From contig JAUSJC010000004.1 of NCBI GenBank assembly GCA_030647775.1, forward strand, positions 1 to 61,779: 61,779 bases of DNA. Reading direction: 5' to 3'. Below, piece by piece: positions 1-7,689 of the stretch (position 1 is its first letter; the number at the start of each line of letters is the position of its first letter). Source of the DNA: Candidatus Curtissbacteria bacterium. GTDB lineage: Bacteria; Patescibacteriota; Microgenomatia; Curtissbacterales; GWA2-41-24. The notes under the pieces were generated by a model. It saw nothing but the letters and a program-made list of their open reading frames with translations. It searched no databases and had not been told where the DNA came from. The translations under genes were made by a program, and so were the position numbers.

Positions 1-516
1 CTTAATTCTTCCCGCAACTTCCTCCGAGTTAGCGATAAAATAATCTACTTTTTGCGCGGCCTTAAAATCATACAGCCGCATGAAATGTCCGACAATTGCC
101 GCGTAAGCTTTTACCAGCGGATATTTTTGGAAATTAACCGAAGTTGCATATCCATAAAGCCATCTCGGCGGCGTGTGGCAATAGCAAATTTCAATCGCCT
201 TACCCTTTTTCTTAAAGCCTTTTGTCACATACCAGCTGGAAGACGAAACAATAACGTCGTAGCCGGAAAAATCAAAACTGTTCCAGATAAATGGAGCTAG
301 AAATCGGAGCGGACTGTGAAGATAAGTCGTAAAAAACGGCACTTTCTGCGCCCATGAAGTTATAATTTTGCGGTTTTTAAACCTTTCATATGCCACGCCT
401 TCGCGGTAAAACGCAGTATAGATTGGCGCCTTCGGCCAAATCTCGCAAAGCGCTTTGAGTACCCGCTCTGCTCCGCCAAATTCCCCAAGGTAATCATGTA
501 CTAATGCTACTTTCAT
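1..516 (-). CDS. Glycosyltransferase family 4, N-terminal part (partial, runs off the left edge)
   Basis: Reverse translation from ATG at 516-514 gives MKVALVHDYLGEFGGAERVLKALCEIWPKAPIYTAFY..., a typical GT4 N-terminus. It stays open to position 1. The ATG overlaps the upstream stop (TAATG). Confidence 0.6.
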   Translation of the reverse strand, partial: MKVALVHDYLGEFGGAERVLKALCEIWPKAPIYTAFYREGVAYERFKNRKIITSWAQKVPFFTTYLHSPLRFLAPFIWNSFDFSGYDVIVSSSSWYVTKGFKKKGKAIEICYCHTPPRWLYGYATSVNFQKYPLVKAYAAIVGHFMRLYDFKAAQKVDYFIANSEEVAGRIK

Positions 517-1538
517 TAAATTAATTCTAGTTGGTTTTTATCGTCACTTGGTGCCTTATTATTAGTGCCTTTTACTTCATCTACTTTTGCTCCTGGTAAT
601 TTATTCAAAATCGATTTAAATCCTAAGCTTTCAAATTCCCTTCTCACTTTTTCCCAATCCGGTTTGTACTCAAGTTTGGTAATATCCAAATCTATATGCA
701 CATCGCGATCCAGTTCGACCAATTTCGCAGCCGCCATGGCCAGCTCTTTCCCTGCCAAAAGTTTATCTTTTGTTGATCCCAAAATATCATCGATGTGTCT
801 ATATATTTCTTCAACGCTTCCGTATTTTTGAAGCAGGCTGCTTGCGGTTTTTGGCCCGATCCCGGCAACACCCGGCACATTGTCCGAAACGTCTCCAACC
901 AGTGATTTATAATCAACCATCTGCTCGGGCGTCACTCCGTATTTTTCCCTTACTTCCGCCGCCCCAAACAAGGTTGTCGTTGCCAAACCTGCCTTGCCGG
1001 CAGGCAGGTTCCACCCCGGCATCTGCACTTTAATCGCCCCATCAACCAACTGCAAACAATCCCTATCGCCAGACAAAATTACTACCTCTACTTTGTCATT
1101 GCGAGGAATCGTAGACGACGAAGCAATCCCTTTTCCAGATTGCTTCGCTTCGCTCGCAATGACAAGAGTGGTTATAGCTTTACTGGCTATCGTCGCCAAA
1201 ATATCGTCTGCCTCATATCCCGCTTTTTCAAAATACGGCACGCCAAAAGCATCCAGTACTTTTTTGACTTTGGGCAGTTGCGGGTAAAGATCCGGCGGCG
1301 GTGCCGGCCTCTGCGCTTTATATTTTTCAAATTCGATATGGCGAAATGTCGGTGCGGCCGTATCAAAAGCGCAGGCAACATAATCCGGTTCTACTTCGGA
1401 AACTGCTTTCAATAGCATATTAGAAAACCCGTAAACCGCGTTGGCATTTTCTCCGCTTTTGTCGGTTAAAGGCGGCAGCGCGTGATAAGCACGATGGAAA
1501 AGGTTATTACCATCGATTAAAAGGAGTTTTTTGGCCAT
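516..1538 (-). CDS. 5'-3' exonuclease (Pol I N-terminal / FEN-like domain protein)
   Basis: LLIDGNNLFHRAYHA, GYEADD, SDNVPGVAGIGPKTA (H3TH) motifs. Carries two extra segments relative to Taq Pol I N-domain spacing as recalled. Confidence 0.85.
   Translation of the reverse strand: MAKKLLLIDGNNLFHRAYHALPPLTDKSGENANAVYGFSNMLLKAVSEVEPDYVACAFDTAAPTFRHIEFEKYKAQRPAPPPDLYPQLPKVKKVLDAFGVPYFEKAGYEADDILATIASKAITTLVIASEAKQSGKGIASSSTIPRNDKVEVVILSGDRDCLQLVDGAIKVQMPGWNLPAGKAGLATTTLFGAAEVREKYGVTPEQMVDYKSLVGDVSDNVPGVAGIGPKTASSLLQKYGSVEEIYRHIDDILGSTKDKLLAGKELAMAAAKLVELDRDVHIDLDITKLEYKPDWEKVRREFESLGFKSILNKLPGAKVDEVKGTNNKAPSDDKNQLELI
986..1010. repeat. GC-rich palindrome aacctgccttgccggcaggcaggtt inside the exonuclease ORF
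   Basis: Near-perfect inverted repeat. Encodes NLPAGKAGL, extra relative to Pol I spacing. Same core as the trpS copy at 4542-4561. Confidence 0.6.
1095..1163. repeat. Family A palindromic element (TIR GTCATTGCGAG...CTCGCAATGAC), in frame in the exonuclease gene
   Basis: 69 nt = 23 codons (VIASEAKQSGKGIASSSTIPRND). Same termini as the copies at 7031, 32090 and 35193. Confidence 0.8.
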
Positions 1539-1564
1539 CTGTTAAGCCAAATTTTAGCACAATT

Positions 1565-3496
1565 CTAAGCCTGTGCGGGTTTTGCAGGTTTCGCTTTCTT
1601 AAACTTAAATTCGCCATTTGTCACCGGTTTGCCAACCAGCTTTTCAAATTCGTCACGTTCCAGTGTTTCTTTTTCCAGAAGAGTTTCCGCAACTAAATTC
1701 AGTTTCTTGCGATTTTTAACCAGAGTATCCTTGGCTTTTTTGTAACCGGCATCGATAAGCTTGCCAATTTCCTTATCGATTTTAGCCGCCAACTCATCTG
1801 AAATATTCGGACCGCTTTCCATCCCCGGCCACGCCCCATACTGAGGAGCCTGGGCAAAAATCGTCGGCCCCAAATCGCTCATTCCAAGTTCGGTAACCAT
1901 TTCCCTAGCCGTATGACTGGCAATCTGTAAATCGGAAGACGCACCGGTAGTATATTCCCCAAAAACCAAATCTTCAGCCGCCCGGCCGCCCATTAAAGTG
2001 GCTATCGTTTCAATCAGCCGCGTCTTTGTTTCCGTGTATCTGTCAATAGAAGGCGGTACCAGTGTATGACCGCCGGTTCCGCCGCGCGCCACAATTGAAA
2101 TCCTGTGAACCGGGTCTACATGCGGCAGGAAATGCGCCACAATGGCGTGTCCGCCTTCATGATATGCCGTCATTCTTCTTTCTTCCTCCGACTGCATTCT
2201 CTTCCTCTGTGGCCCCAATTTCACTTTTGTTGCCGCCTCTTCCAAATCTATATTATTAATCTCCTTGCGCTCTTCGCGTGCCGCCAAAATCGCCGCCTCG
2301 TTTAGCACGTTGGCAAGGTCTGCCCCGGAAAAACCAACCGTCCTTCTGGCAATCCGCTCGATGTCCACCTCTTTGGCAAAAGGCTTACCTTCCATATGAA
2401 TTTTGATAATTGCCTTACGGCCTTCGATATCCGGTAAATCCAAAGCCACCCGCCTGTCAAATCTGCCCGGCCGCGTCAATGCCGAATCCAAAAGGTCCGG
2501 CCTGTTAGTTGCCGCCATCACCATTACGCTTTCGTTGGGCGCAAATCCGTCCATTTCCACCAAAATCTGGTTTAAAGTTTGTTCCCTTTCATCGTGCCCG
2601 CCGGAAAAACCCATGCCGCGCGCTCTTCCAATCGATTCAATTTCATCTATAAAAATAATTGCCGGTGCACTTTTCTTGGCTGTTGCAAAAAGGTCCCGCA
2701 CCCGCGCCGCCCCAACGCCGACCAACATTTCCATAAATTCACTGCCGGCAACAGAATAAAATGGCGCATTAGCCTCACCCGCAACCGCCTTGGCAAGCAA
2801 AGTCTTACCGGTTCCGGCCGGACCAATCAAAAGCACACCTTTCGGGGTTCTGGCACCAAGCGCCCGGTATTTTTCCGGATGTTTCAAAAAATCTACAATC
2901 TCCTGGAGTTCCTGCTTTGCTTCATCTACACCCGCAACATCCGCAAAAGTAGTCTGGGGCATATCTTTTGTAAACTGCTTGGCTCTTGATTGCCCAAAAG
3001 AAAAGACGGAAGAAGCTCCTTCTCTTGCCTGCCTGAAAATAAAGAAAAAGAAAACAACCATTAAACCTATGGGTAATAATGTGGTCAGTATCGTTACCCA
3101 AGCCTGGGAAAACGAATTATCTTTAACGGAAATGCTGGTCGTAGTCGGATCTACCTTAGCGGCCTCCAAAGCGGCAAAAATCGACTGGTTTTCCTCTTTC
3201 CTGGAAATATACGTGCCTCCGTCTTTGAGCTTTACGTTAAGGTTATTACCGTCTACTTCGATCTTATCCACTTTATTATCCCGAACATCGGAAATTAAAT
3301 GGGAAATTGATTGCTGGGACATCAAGCGGTCAGCCGGATTTGTACTGAAGGCTAAAAATCCAAAGAATAGAAGCCCCAAAATGGCGTAGATTAAAAACCC
3401 GCGCCAGGAAGTTTTGCTTTTAATTTTGGGTACGGAAACCTTTGGCACCCTTCTTAATTTGCTTTTAGAGTTATTTTTGGGCATAGTCCGAGCCAC
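1565..3496 (-). CDS. ftsH: ATP-dependent zinc metalloprotease FtsH
   Basis: N-terminal TM segments, Walker A GPAGTGKT, IIFIDEIES, zinc site HEGGHA. Confidence 0.95.
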   Translation of the reverse strand: MARTMPKNNSKSKLRRVPKVSVPKIKSKTSWRGFLIYAILGLLFFGFLAFSTNPADRLMSQQSISHLISDVRDNKVDKIEVDGNNLNVKLKDGGTYISRKEENQSIFAALEAAKVDPTTTSISVKDNSFSQAWVTILTTLLPIGLMVVFFFFIFRQAREGASSVFSFGQSRAKQFTKDMPQTTFADVAGVDEAKQELQEIVDFLKHPEKYRALGARTPKGVLLIGPAGTGKTLLAKAVAGEANAPFYSVAGSEFMEMLVGVGAARVRDLFATAKKSAPAIIFIDEIESIGRARGMGFSGGHDEREQTLNQILVEMDGFAPNESVMVMAATNRPDLLDSALTRPGRFDRRVALDLPDIEGRKAIIKIHMEGKPFAKEVDIERIARRTVGFSGADLANVLNEAAILAAREERKEINNIDLEEAATKVKLGPQRKRMQSEEERRMTAYHEGGHAIVAHFLPHVDPVHRISIVARGGTGGHTLVPPSIDRYTETKTRLIETIATLMGGRAAEDLVFGEYTTGASSDLQIASHTAREMVTELGMSDLGPTIFAQAPQYGAWPGMESGPNISDELAAKIDKEIGKLIDAGYKKAKDTLVKNRKKLNLVAETLLEKETLERDEFEKLVGKPVTNGEFKFKKAKPAKPAQA

Positions 3497-3533
3497 AATT
3501 CTACCACCAAAAGAGAAATTTTACTAGAGATTC

Positions 3534-4067
3534 TCAGTCCGAATCGGATTGAACAACCTCAATGGGATGATTAAGTCCATCTCCGATCTTCTGTACTGCT
3601 CTAAGACGATTCAATTCTGCTAGTCTTCGGACGAAGCATCTTTCCCTATAATCCCCATTCAACATCTCTTGTATCCTGTTTTGGTCAAACGATTGCTCGA
3701 CAACCTCTTTCTTGCCAGAACCAACTCTCCCCGCACCATCAACAGTTCGGGATACAAGTTTTCTTATCATAAATCCCTCGCTGGAAATCAATAAACCTAT
3801 ATCTCTGCGCCGAAAACCCATTCCTATTATCCACATCGAAACCCCCGTGTTGCTTAAATAAGCCATAACTGCTGGATCAGATCTTAATGAATCGATGTAC
3901 TCCAAATTATCCACTGCCTGACCAACTATTTGGGGATTAGCTGCTAGATCTTTATTAGCTCCGTCAATCGATTCGCGGGCGCGTTGAACTAGATCTGGTA
4001 AAGATGGGATCGCTTCCCTGTCTGTCATTTGACGTCCGATAGTATCACTATTGACTAAAATAATCAA
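3534..4067 (-). CDS. Hypothetical protein (start possibly at Met14, coordinate 4028)
   Basis: 177-aa ORF co-directional with trpS. No recognisable motif. Confidence 0.4.
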   Translation of the reverse strand: MIILVNSDTIGRQMTDREAIPSLPDLVQRARESIDGANKDLAANPQIVGQAVDNLEYIDSLRSDPAVMAYLSNTGVSMWIIGMGFRRRDIGLLISSEGFMIRKLVSRTVDGAGRVGSGKKEVVEQSFDQNRIQEMLNGDYRERCFVRRLAELNRLRAVQKIGDGLNHPIEVVQSDSD

Positions 4068-5073
4068 TCTTCATCGCGCGGCGGACTTCATCTAAAGTTT
4101 GTTGGGCTTCGAGCCTTGCCCTTGCCGTTCCCTCTTTAAGAATCGTTTCGATTAGCTCCGGTTTCTTTTCAAACTCCGCGCGGATTGCCCTTATCGGTTC
4201 CAAAAACTTTTCCAAGACTTCTACCAAATATTCTTTTACTTCGACATCGCCAACAGTTCCCTCGCGATACCGCCTCTTTAAATCCTCGATCTTCTTGGGG
4301 TCACCATGCTCGGCAAACGCGTCGAGGTAAACAAATACCGGGTTGCCTTCTACCTCCCCCGGCTCATCCCCATGGACGCGTTTCGGGTCCGTAAACATTC
4401 CCATGACTTTCTTTTTAACTTCTTCTTTAGAATCGGAAAGATTGATTACATTCCCCAAACTCTTACTCATTTTTGCTTTTCCATCCGTTCCCGGCAAAGT
4501 ACCGATATCGCCAGGAATCAAAGCTTCCGGAATTGGAAAAACCTGCCTGCCGGCAGGCAGGCCTTCACCGTACAAGCGGTTAAACTCGCGGGCGATCTCC
4601 CTCGTCACTTCTATATGAGAAGCTTGGTCTTTACCGACGGGTACCAAATTAGCCTTTACCATCAAAATATCGGCGCTTTGCAAAACCGGGTAACCTAAAA
4701 GCCCGTACGAAGGCGTTTGGATCTGCGCGTCGCGCATCACATCTTTTAACGTCGGCATCTTCTCGAGCCGTGGCACGGTCACCAAATTACCCAAAATCAC
4801 GGCCAGTTCCGCCACTTCCGGTATTTGCGACTGGATATAGATCGTGCACTTTGCCGGGTCTATCCCCACCGAAAGATAATCCAAAACCAGCTGATGGATG
4901 CTATCTTTAAGTTCCCCTGTCTTTTCCGGCCGCGTTGTTAGTGTATGAAGATCCGCTATTATAAAAAAAGCTTCATACTCATCCTGCAGCCTTATTCTGT
5001 TTTTAAGCGAGCCGACGTAGTGACCTAAATGTAATCGTCCTGTGGGACGATCTCCAGTCAATATACGTTTCAT
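4048..5073 (-). CDS. trpS: Tryptophan--tRNA ligase
   Basis: HIGH-type motif (TGRLHLGHY) and KMSKS. Start placed at MKRILTGD rather than the longer ORF to 5106. Confidence 0.9.
   Translation of the reverse strand: MKRILTGDRPTGRLHLGHYVGSLKNRIRLQDEYEAFFIIADLHTLTTRPEKTGELKDSIHQLVLDYLSVGIDPAKCTIYIQSQIPEVAELAVILGNLVTVPRLEKMPTLKDVMRDAQIQTPSYGLLGYPVLQSADILMVKANLVPVGKDQASHIEVTREIAREFNRLYGEGLPAGRQVFPIPEALIPGDIGTLPGTDGKAKMSKSLGNVINLSDSKEEVKKKVMGMFTDPKRVHGDEPGEVEGNPVFVYLDAFAEHGDPKKIEDLKRRYREGTVGDVEVKEYLVEVLEKFLEPIRAIRAEFEKKPELIETILKEGTARARLEAQQTLDEVRRAMKIDYFSQ
4542..4561. repeat. GC palindrome cctgcctgccggcaggcagg inside trpS
   Basis: Perfect 20-nt palindrome encoding LPAGRQ. About 7 extra residues versus the RYG-ELFTIPEA spacing of B. 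subtilis TrpRS (from memory). Confidence 0.6.
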
Positions 5074-5089
5074 AATAGTGTCCTTCCTG

Positions 5090-5160
5090 CTTGCCCCTCG
5101 AAACATTTGTGTAGTGGGGCTTGCCCCTCGAAGTCCCGCCCTGCGGGACGAAGTGGGGTC
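5090..5160. repeat. Family C element, two tandem units (GCCCCTCGAA...GTGGGGC)
   Basis: cttgcccctcgaaacatttgtgtagtggggc + ttgcccctcgaagtcccgccctgcgggacgaagtggggtc. Relatives at 22222, 32213 and 53749. Confidence 0.6.
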
Positions 5161-5200
5161 GGCCGGTCGCCCGTAAGAATCCTTTTCCTCATATCATTCA

Positions 5201-5915
5201 TTATATCTTACCCTTCCTTTCGTAGTACCTCGCAAGTAGTCCTCTTGAAAGAATTTCTATGGAATCAAAAACGGGCAGTTGGAAATCTTTTGGAAAAACC
5301 AACGGCAATTCCGTACACCCCAAAATTATTCCTTCTGCTCCTTTTTTAACAAGATTATCGGCAACATTGGCAAGACGCAGCACATCATTCCCTGATACTT
5401 CTTGCGAAATCACTTTGCGCACAACTGAATCAATTTCCATAAAGTGACCCCCTTCTTGGCACAACTGTTTCAATCCCGCACCCAGATAAAGCGCGCTGGA
5501 ACAATTTCGATTTGATAGCAGAAGGTGTCGCCAGTATCCCCACTTTTTTCAAATCTTGCTTCTTAACTTCGTCGGTAACTGCATCTATCATCGACACAAA
5601 AGGCGCTTTGGAAACAGCCTGCAAGTCCTCAATCATTATGTGAGCGGTATTACACGCTATCGCAGTGGTTGAAACATCCATGTTGTTCAAAAAATCAATT
5701 TTTTCCCTCAAGAGAAACTTCGCCCTGTGGGTATTCTTTTTAGAAGAAATAAAATCGGCAAATGGGACAGAAAAAAGAATTATCTCCGGAAAATCTTCAG
5801 TATTTTTGGCTCCAAATTCCCGTGCGGCCATAGAAACCATAACCTCCAGCATTTTTGCCGAGGCTTGCGGCCCCATACCCCCTAAAATTGCAATACTTCC
5901 TTTGTTTTTCTTCAT
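5201..5915 (-). pseudogene. Aspartate/glutamate racemase family gene split by a +1 frame change
   Basis: N-terminal ORF 5430-5915 (ILGGMGPQAS, ACNTAH) and C-terminal ORF 5201-5473 (ILGCTELPL) overlap in different frames near a G5 run (5447-5451). Confidence 0.6.
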
Positions 5916-5923
5916 ATTTTTCT

Positions 5924-5965
5924 CCCGCCTGCCAGCGCCTGATGCCGCAGGCTATGGCGGGCAGG
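5924..5965. repeat. GC palindromic element (CCCGCCTGCC...GGCGGGCAGG)
   Basis: Imperfect inverted repeat just upstream of the racemase start. Same arm sequence family as 986, 4542, 6574 and 14493. Confidence 0.5.
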
Positions 5966-5968
5966 CCA

Positions 5969-5997
5969 CAAAAAAACTCGCCGGTTAGCGAGTTTTG
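5969..5997 (-). terminator. Rho-independent terminator candidate after the tRNA cluster
   Basis: Minus strand reads aaactcgc-taaccg-gcgagttt followed by a T run. Confidence 0.45.
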
Positions 5998-6256
5998 TCT
6001 AAATTTATTTTTTAAATGCTAAGTGAACTTAGGCATAACAAAACGGCCAACCGAAGTTAGTTTGTCCTGCTATACCAATGTGCAAAAAGTCGCACGTCCA
6101 TATTTTGCAAAAACTAGCAGATGCCTTCTGCATCTGCTAAACCCTTTCACCTCAAAAGAGCATTGCTTCTTTCAATTTTTATTATATCAGCCGCAATAAT
6201 ACCCTGTCAACCAATTAAATTAGCAATTAAAATACACTGGTGCTAGTGGCTACGAT

Positions 6257-6294
6257 AAGCAGAGCTTGTGTCCTCGACTTTGTCTGCGGACTTA
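6257..6294 (-). other. Intervening sequence 3 (38 nt) in the T stem (between positions 63/64) of the interrupted tRNA
   Basis: Removing it restores ATAGG/CCTAT. The interior is related (inverted) to 6325-6357. Confidence 0.5.
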
Positions 6295-6320
6295 AGGGAT
6301 CGAACCTATGGCCTTGGCGT

Positions 6321-6557
6321 TATTTTTCGAGCTTGTCGAGAAAAACAAGCTCTCTTATATCAGCATCGTAAACATTTCTGTGCCAGCGACAGGAATCGAA
6401 CCTGTGACCTTAGCGTTATGAGTGCTACGCTCTAACCGACTGAGCTACGCTGGCTTATTAATGTCTACGATCTGATATAGGTCAGCAAAAGCTGACGTAT
6501 ACAACAGAGGGCAAAGCCCTGCTGTTATATATCAGATTCGCCGAAGACGAAGGCTCA
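6321..6557 (-). other. Intervening sequence 2 (237 nt) at anticodon-loop position 37/38, containing a whole tRNA gene
   Basis: Bounded by CTCATA| and |A-CGCCA. Contains tRNA 6381-6454 flanked by about 20-nt inverted repeats, plus a second ATATCAG-type element (6472-6535). Confidence 0.5.
6381..6454 (-). tRNA. tRNA-Met(CAU), elongator-like (Ile2/lysidine type not excluded)
   Basis: GCCAGCG TA GCTC AGTCGGTTA GAGC G TAGCA CTCATAA CGCTA AGGTC ACAGG TTCGATT CCTGT CGCTGGC A. Confidence 0.85.
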
Positions 6558-6573
6558 TATGAGTGCCACGCTC

Positions 6574-6613
6574 CCCGCCTGCAAAAGCTGATACTTTAGC
6601 ATCTGCGGGCAGG
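6574..6613 (-). other. Intervening sequence 1 (40 nt) in the D loop of the interrupted tRNA
   Basis: An imperfect GC palindrome (CCTGCCCGCAG...TGCAGGCGGG) lies between AGTTGGTTA and GAGC. Confidence 0.5.
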
Positions 6614-6666
6614 TAACCAACTGAGCTACGCAGCCGAACTTTGCATATTCTTAGAAAAGCTCTACT

Positions 6667-6735
6667 TTTCGCAGAAAGGCTTTGCCTATTCGCAGAAAAG
6701 CTTTTGCTTATTCGCAGAAAAGCTTTTGCTTATTC
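6667..6735. repeat. Tandem repeat, period 22 nt, about 3 units (ttcgcagaaaagcttttgctta)
   Basis: Each unit is a near-palindrome around AAGCTT. The array sits immediately 5' (minus strand) of the interrupted tRNA. Confidence 0.7.
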
Positions 6736-6749
6736 TATCAAATTTTGGC

Positions 6750-6784
6750 AAAAAAAGACTCGACACCTGGCCGAGTCTTTTTTA
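6750..6784. terminator. Bidirectional rho-independent terminator candidate
   Basis: A run, then stem agactcg/cgagtct, then T run. Downstream of tRNA 6911-6981 on the minus strand. Confidence 0.55.
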
Positions 6785-6910
6785 ATATGCGATTTTGCCT
6801 TTATCTCAAATTCTTGAAAAGAATTTGAAAAACGAGGAACAGCTTTAATCTTTAGAACTGATTCTCTTTTGAAAGAAATCAGTTAAGATTAAAAGCTCGT
6901 TCCGAGTTAG

Positions 6911-6981
6911 TAGCGGGGGCGGGAGTCGAACCCACTTCTGGAGATTATGAGCCTCCCGAGATACCGTTTCTCCACCCCGCG
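6911..6981 (-). tRNA. tRNA(CAU), initiator-like
   Basis: CGCGGGG TG GAGA AACGGTA TCTC G GGAGG CTCATAA TCTCC AGAA GTGGG TTCGACT CCCGC CCCCGCT A. It has a C1xU72 mismatch and A11:U24, but lacks the full GGG/CCC anticodon stem. Confidence 0.8.
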
Positions 6982-7030
6982 ATGTGGAGTGAATTTTAAC
7001 AAAATTAAGCTTTGGAATCAACCCCTACAT

Positions 7031-7155
7031 GTCATTGCGAACGCAGCGAGCAATAAGCTCTCTTATTGCGAGAACCCGCTACAACTTCCTTAGATGTTGG
7101 CGGGGACGAAGCAATCCCTTCTTAAGATTGCCACGCCCTTTGGGCTCGCAATGAC
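7031..7155. repeat. Family A palindromic element (125 nt), intergenic
   Basis: gtcattgcga...ctcgcaatgac termini. Contains the 14-bp palindrome ATAAGCTCTCTTAT. Confidence 0.7.
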
Positions 7156-7165
7156 AAGTGATGCA

Positions 7166-7513
7166 TTAACTCCTAAAAAACAAATTCCACCACTTCTGCC
7201 AATTGGGCAATTCATTCTTGCGTTCGTCGTTAGTCGTTTGTCGTTCGTCGCCCTTTGGCAACACCACAATCACCTCACCCGGTTTGGCAAGCCCAAGCTT
7301 GTTCCTTATCTCTTCCTCCGCAAACTGGTCACTTTTTTTAAATTCCAGTTCCTTTTCTAAAGCCTCATTTTCGCGCTTCAGATCATCCAGCTGTTTTTGG
7401 GCATCACCAACGCCTTGCGCTGTTGTTCGGAACGTTAAAATTCTCCTCGAACTATTAATCGCCAAGAGAATACTGACCAGAATTGCCGCAATAAGAATTA
7501 AATTTCGTTTCAT
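7166..7513 (-). CDS. Septum formation initiator (FtsB/DivIC-like)
   Basis: N-terminal TM, then a coiled coil (KQLDDLKRENEALEKELE) and IRNKLGLAKPGE. The C-terminal DERQTTNDERKNE is encoded by low-complexity tagtcgtt repeats. Confidence 0.6.
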   Translation of the reverse strand: MKRNLILIAAILVSILLAINSSRRILTFRTTAQGVGDAQKQLDDLKRENEALEKELEFKKSDQFAEEEIRNKLGLAKPGEVIVVLPKGDERQTTNDERKNELPNWQKWWNLFFRS

Positions 7514-7564
7514 AACATATACATTATAATTGACATGAACTATATTTTGAGCAGAGCGAAAAAT

Positions 7565-7619
7565 ATATCAGAGGAGCGCCATCGGCAGGACGAAGTCTGC
7601 CGAGGCGACCTGCTGATAT
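7565..7619. repeat. Family E element (ATATCAG AGGAGCGCC ... GGCGACCTG CTGATAT), copy 1
   Basis: 55-nt nested hairpin. Near-identical arms at 19087-19135 and 45735-45787. Confidence 0.7.
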
Positions 7620-7689
7620 TGACAAGACCTATAGCAGGAGTTATACTTACCCTACTTTCATCCTGCTTCGAAAGTCTGCACCAATAAAT

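Larger units (their letters stand above)
6247..6635 (-). tRNA. Interrupted elongator-Met-like tRNA(CAU) gene in four pieces (6635-6614, 6573-6558, 6320-6295, 6256-6247)
   Basis: The joined pieces give a 74-nt cloverleaf: GGCTGCG TA GCTC AGTTGGTTA GAGC G TGGCA CTCATAA CGCCA AGGCC ATAGG TTCGATC CCTAT CGTAGCC A. All four stems pair. Confidence 0.55.

Noticed and set aside
52-300. An 82-aa plus-strand ORF at the left edge.
   Set aside because: The opposite strand encodes an uninterrupted GT4 N-terminal domain across 1-516 with a recognisable start motif, so the plus-strand ORF is a shadow.
6321-6557. A group I self-splicing intron in the tRNA anticodon loop, as in cyanobacterial tRNA-Leu(UAA) and tRNA-fMet.
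   Set aside because: The intervening sequences (237 and 149 nt) are largely occupied by a complete tRNA plus simple hairpin elements. There is no room or sequence for the P3-P8 catalytic core, and the D-loop and T-stem inserts are only about 40 nt.
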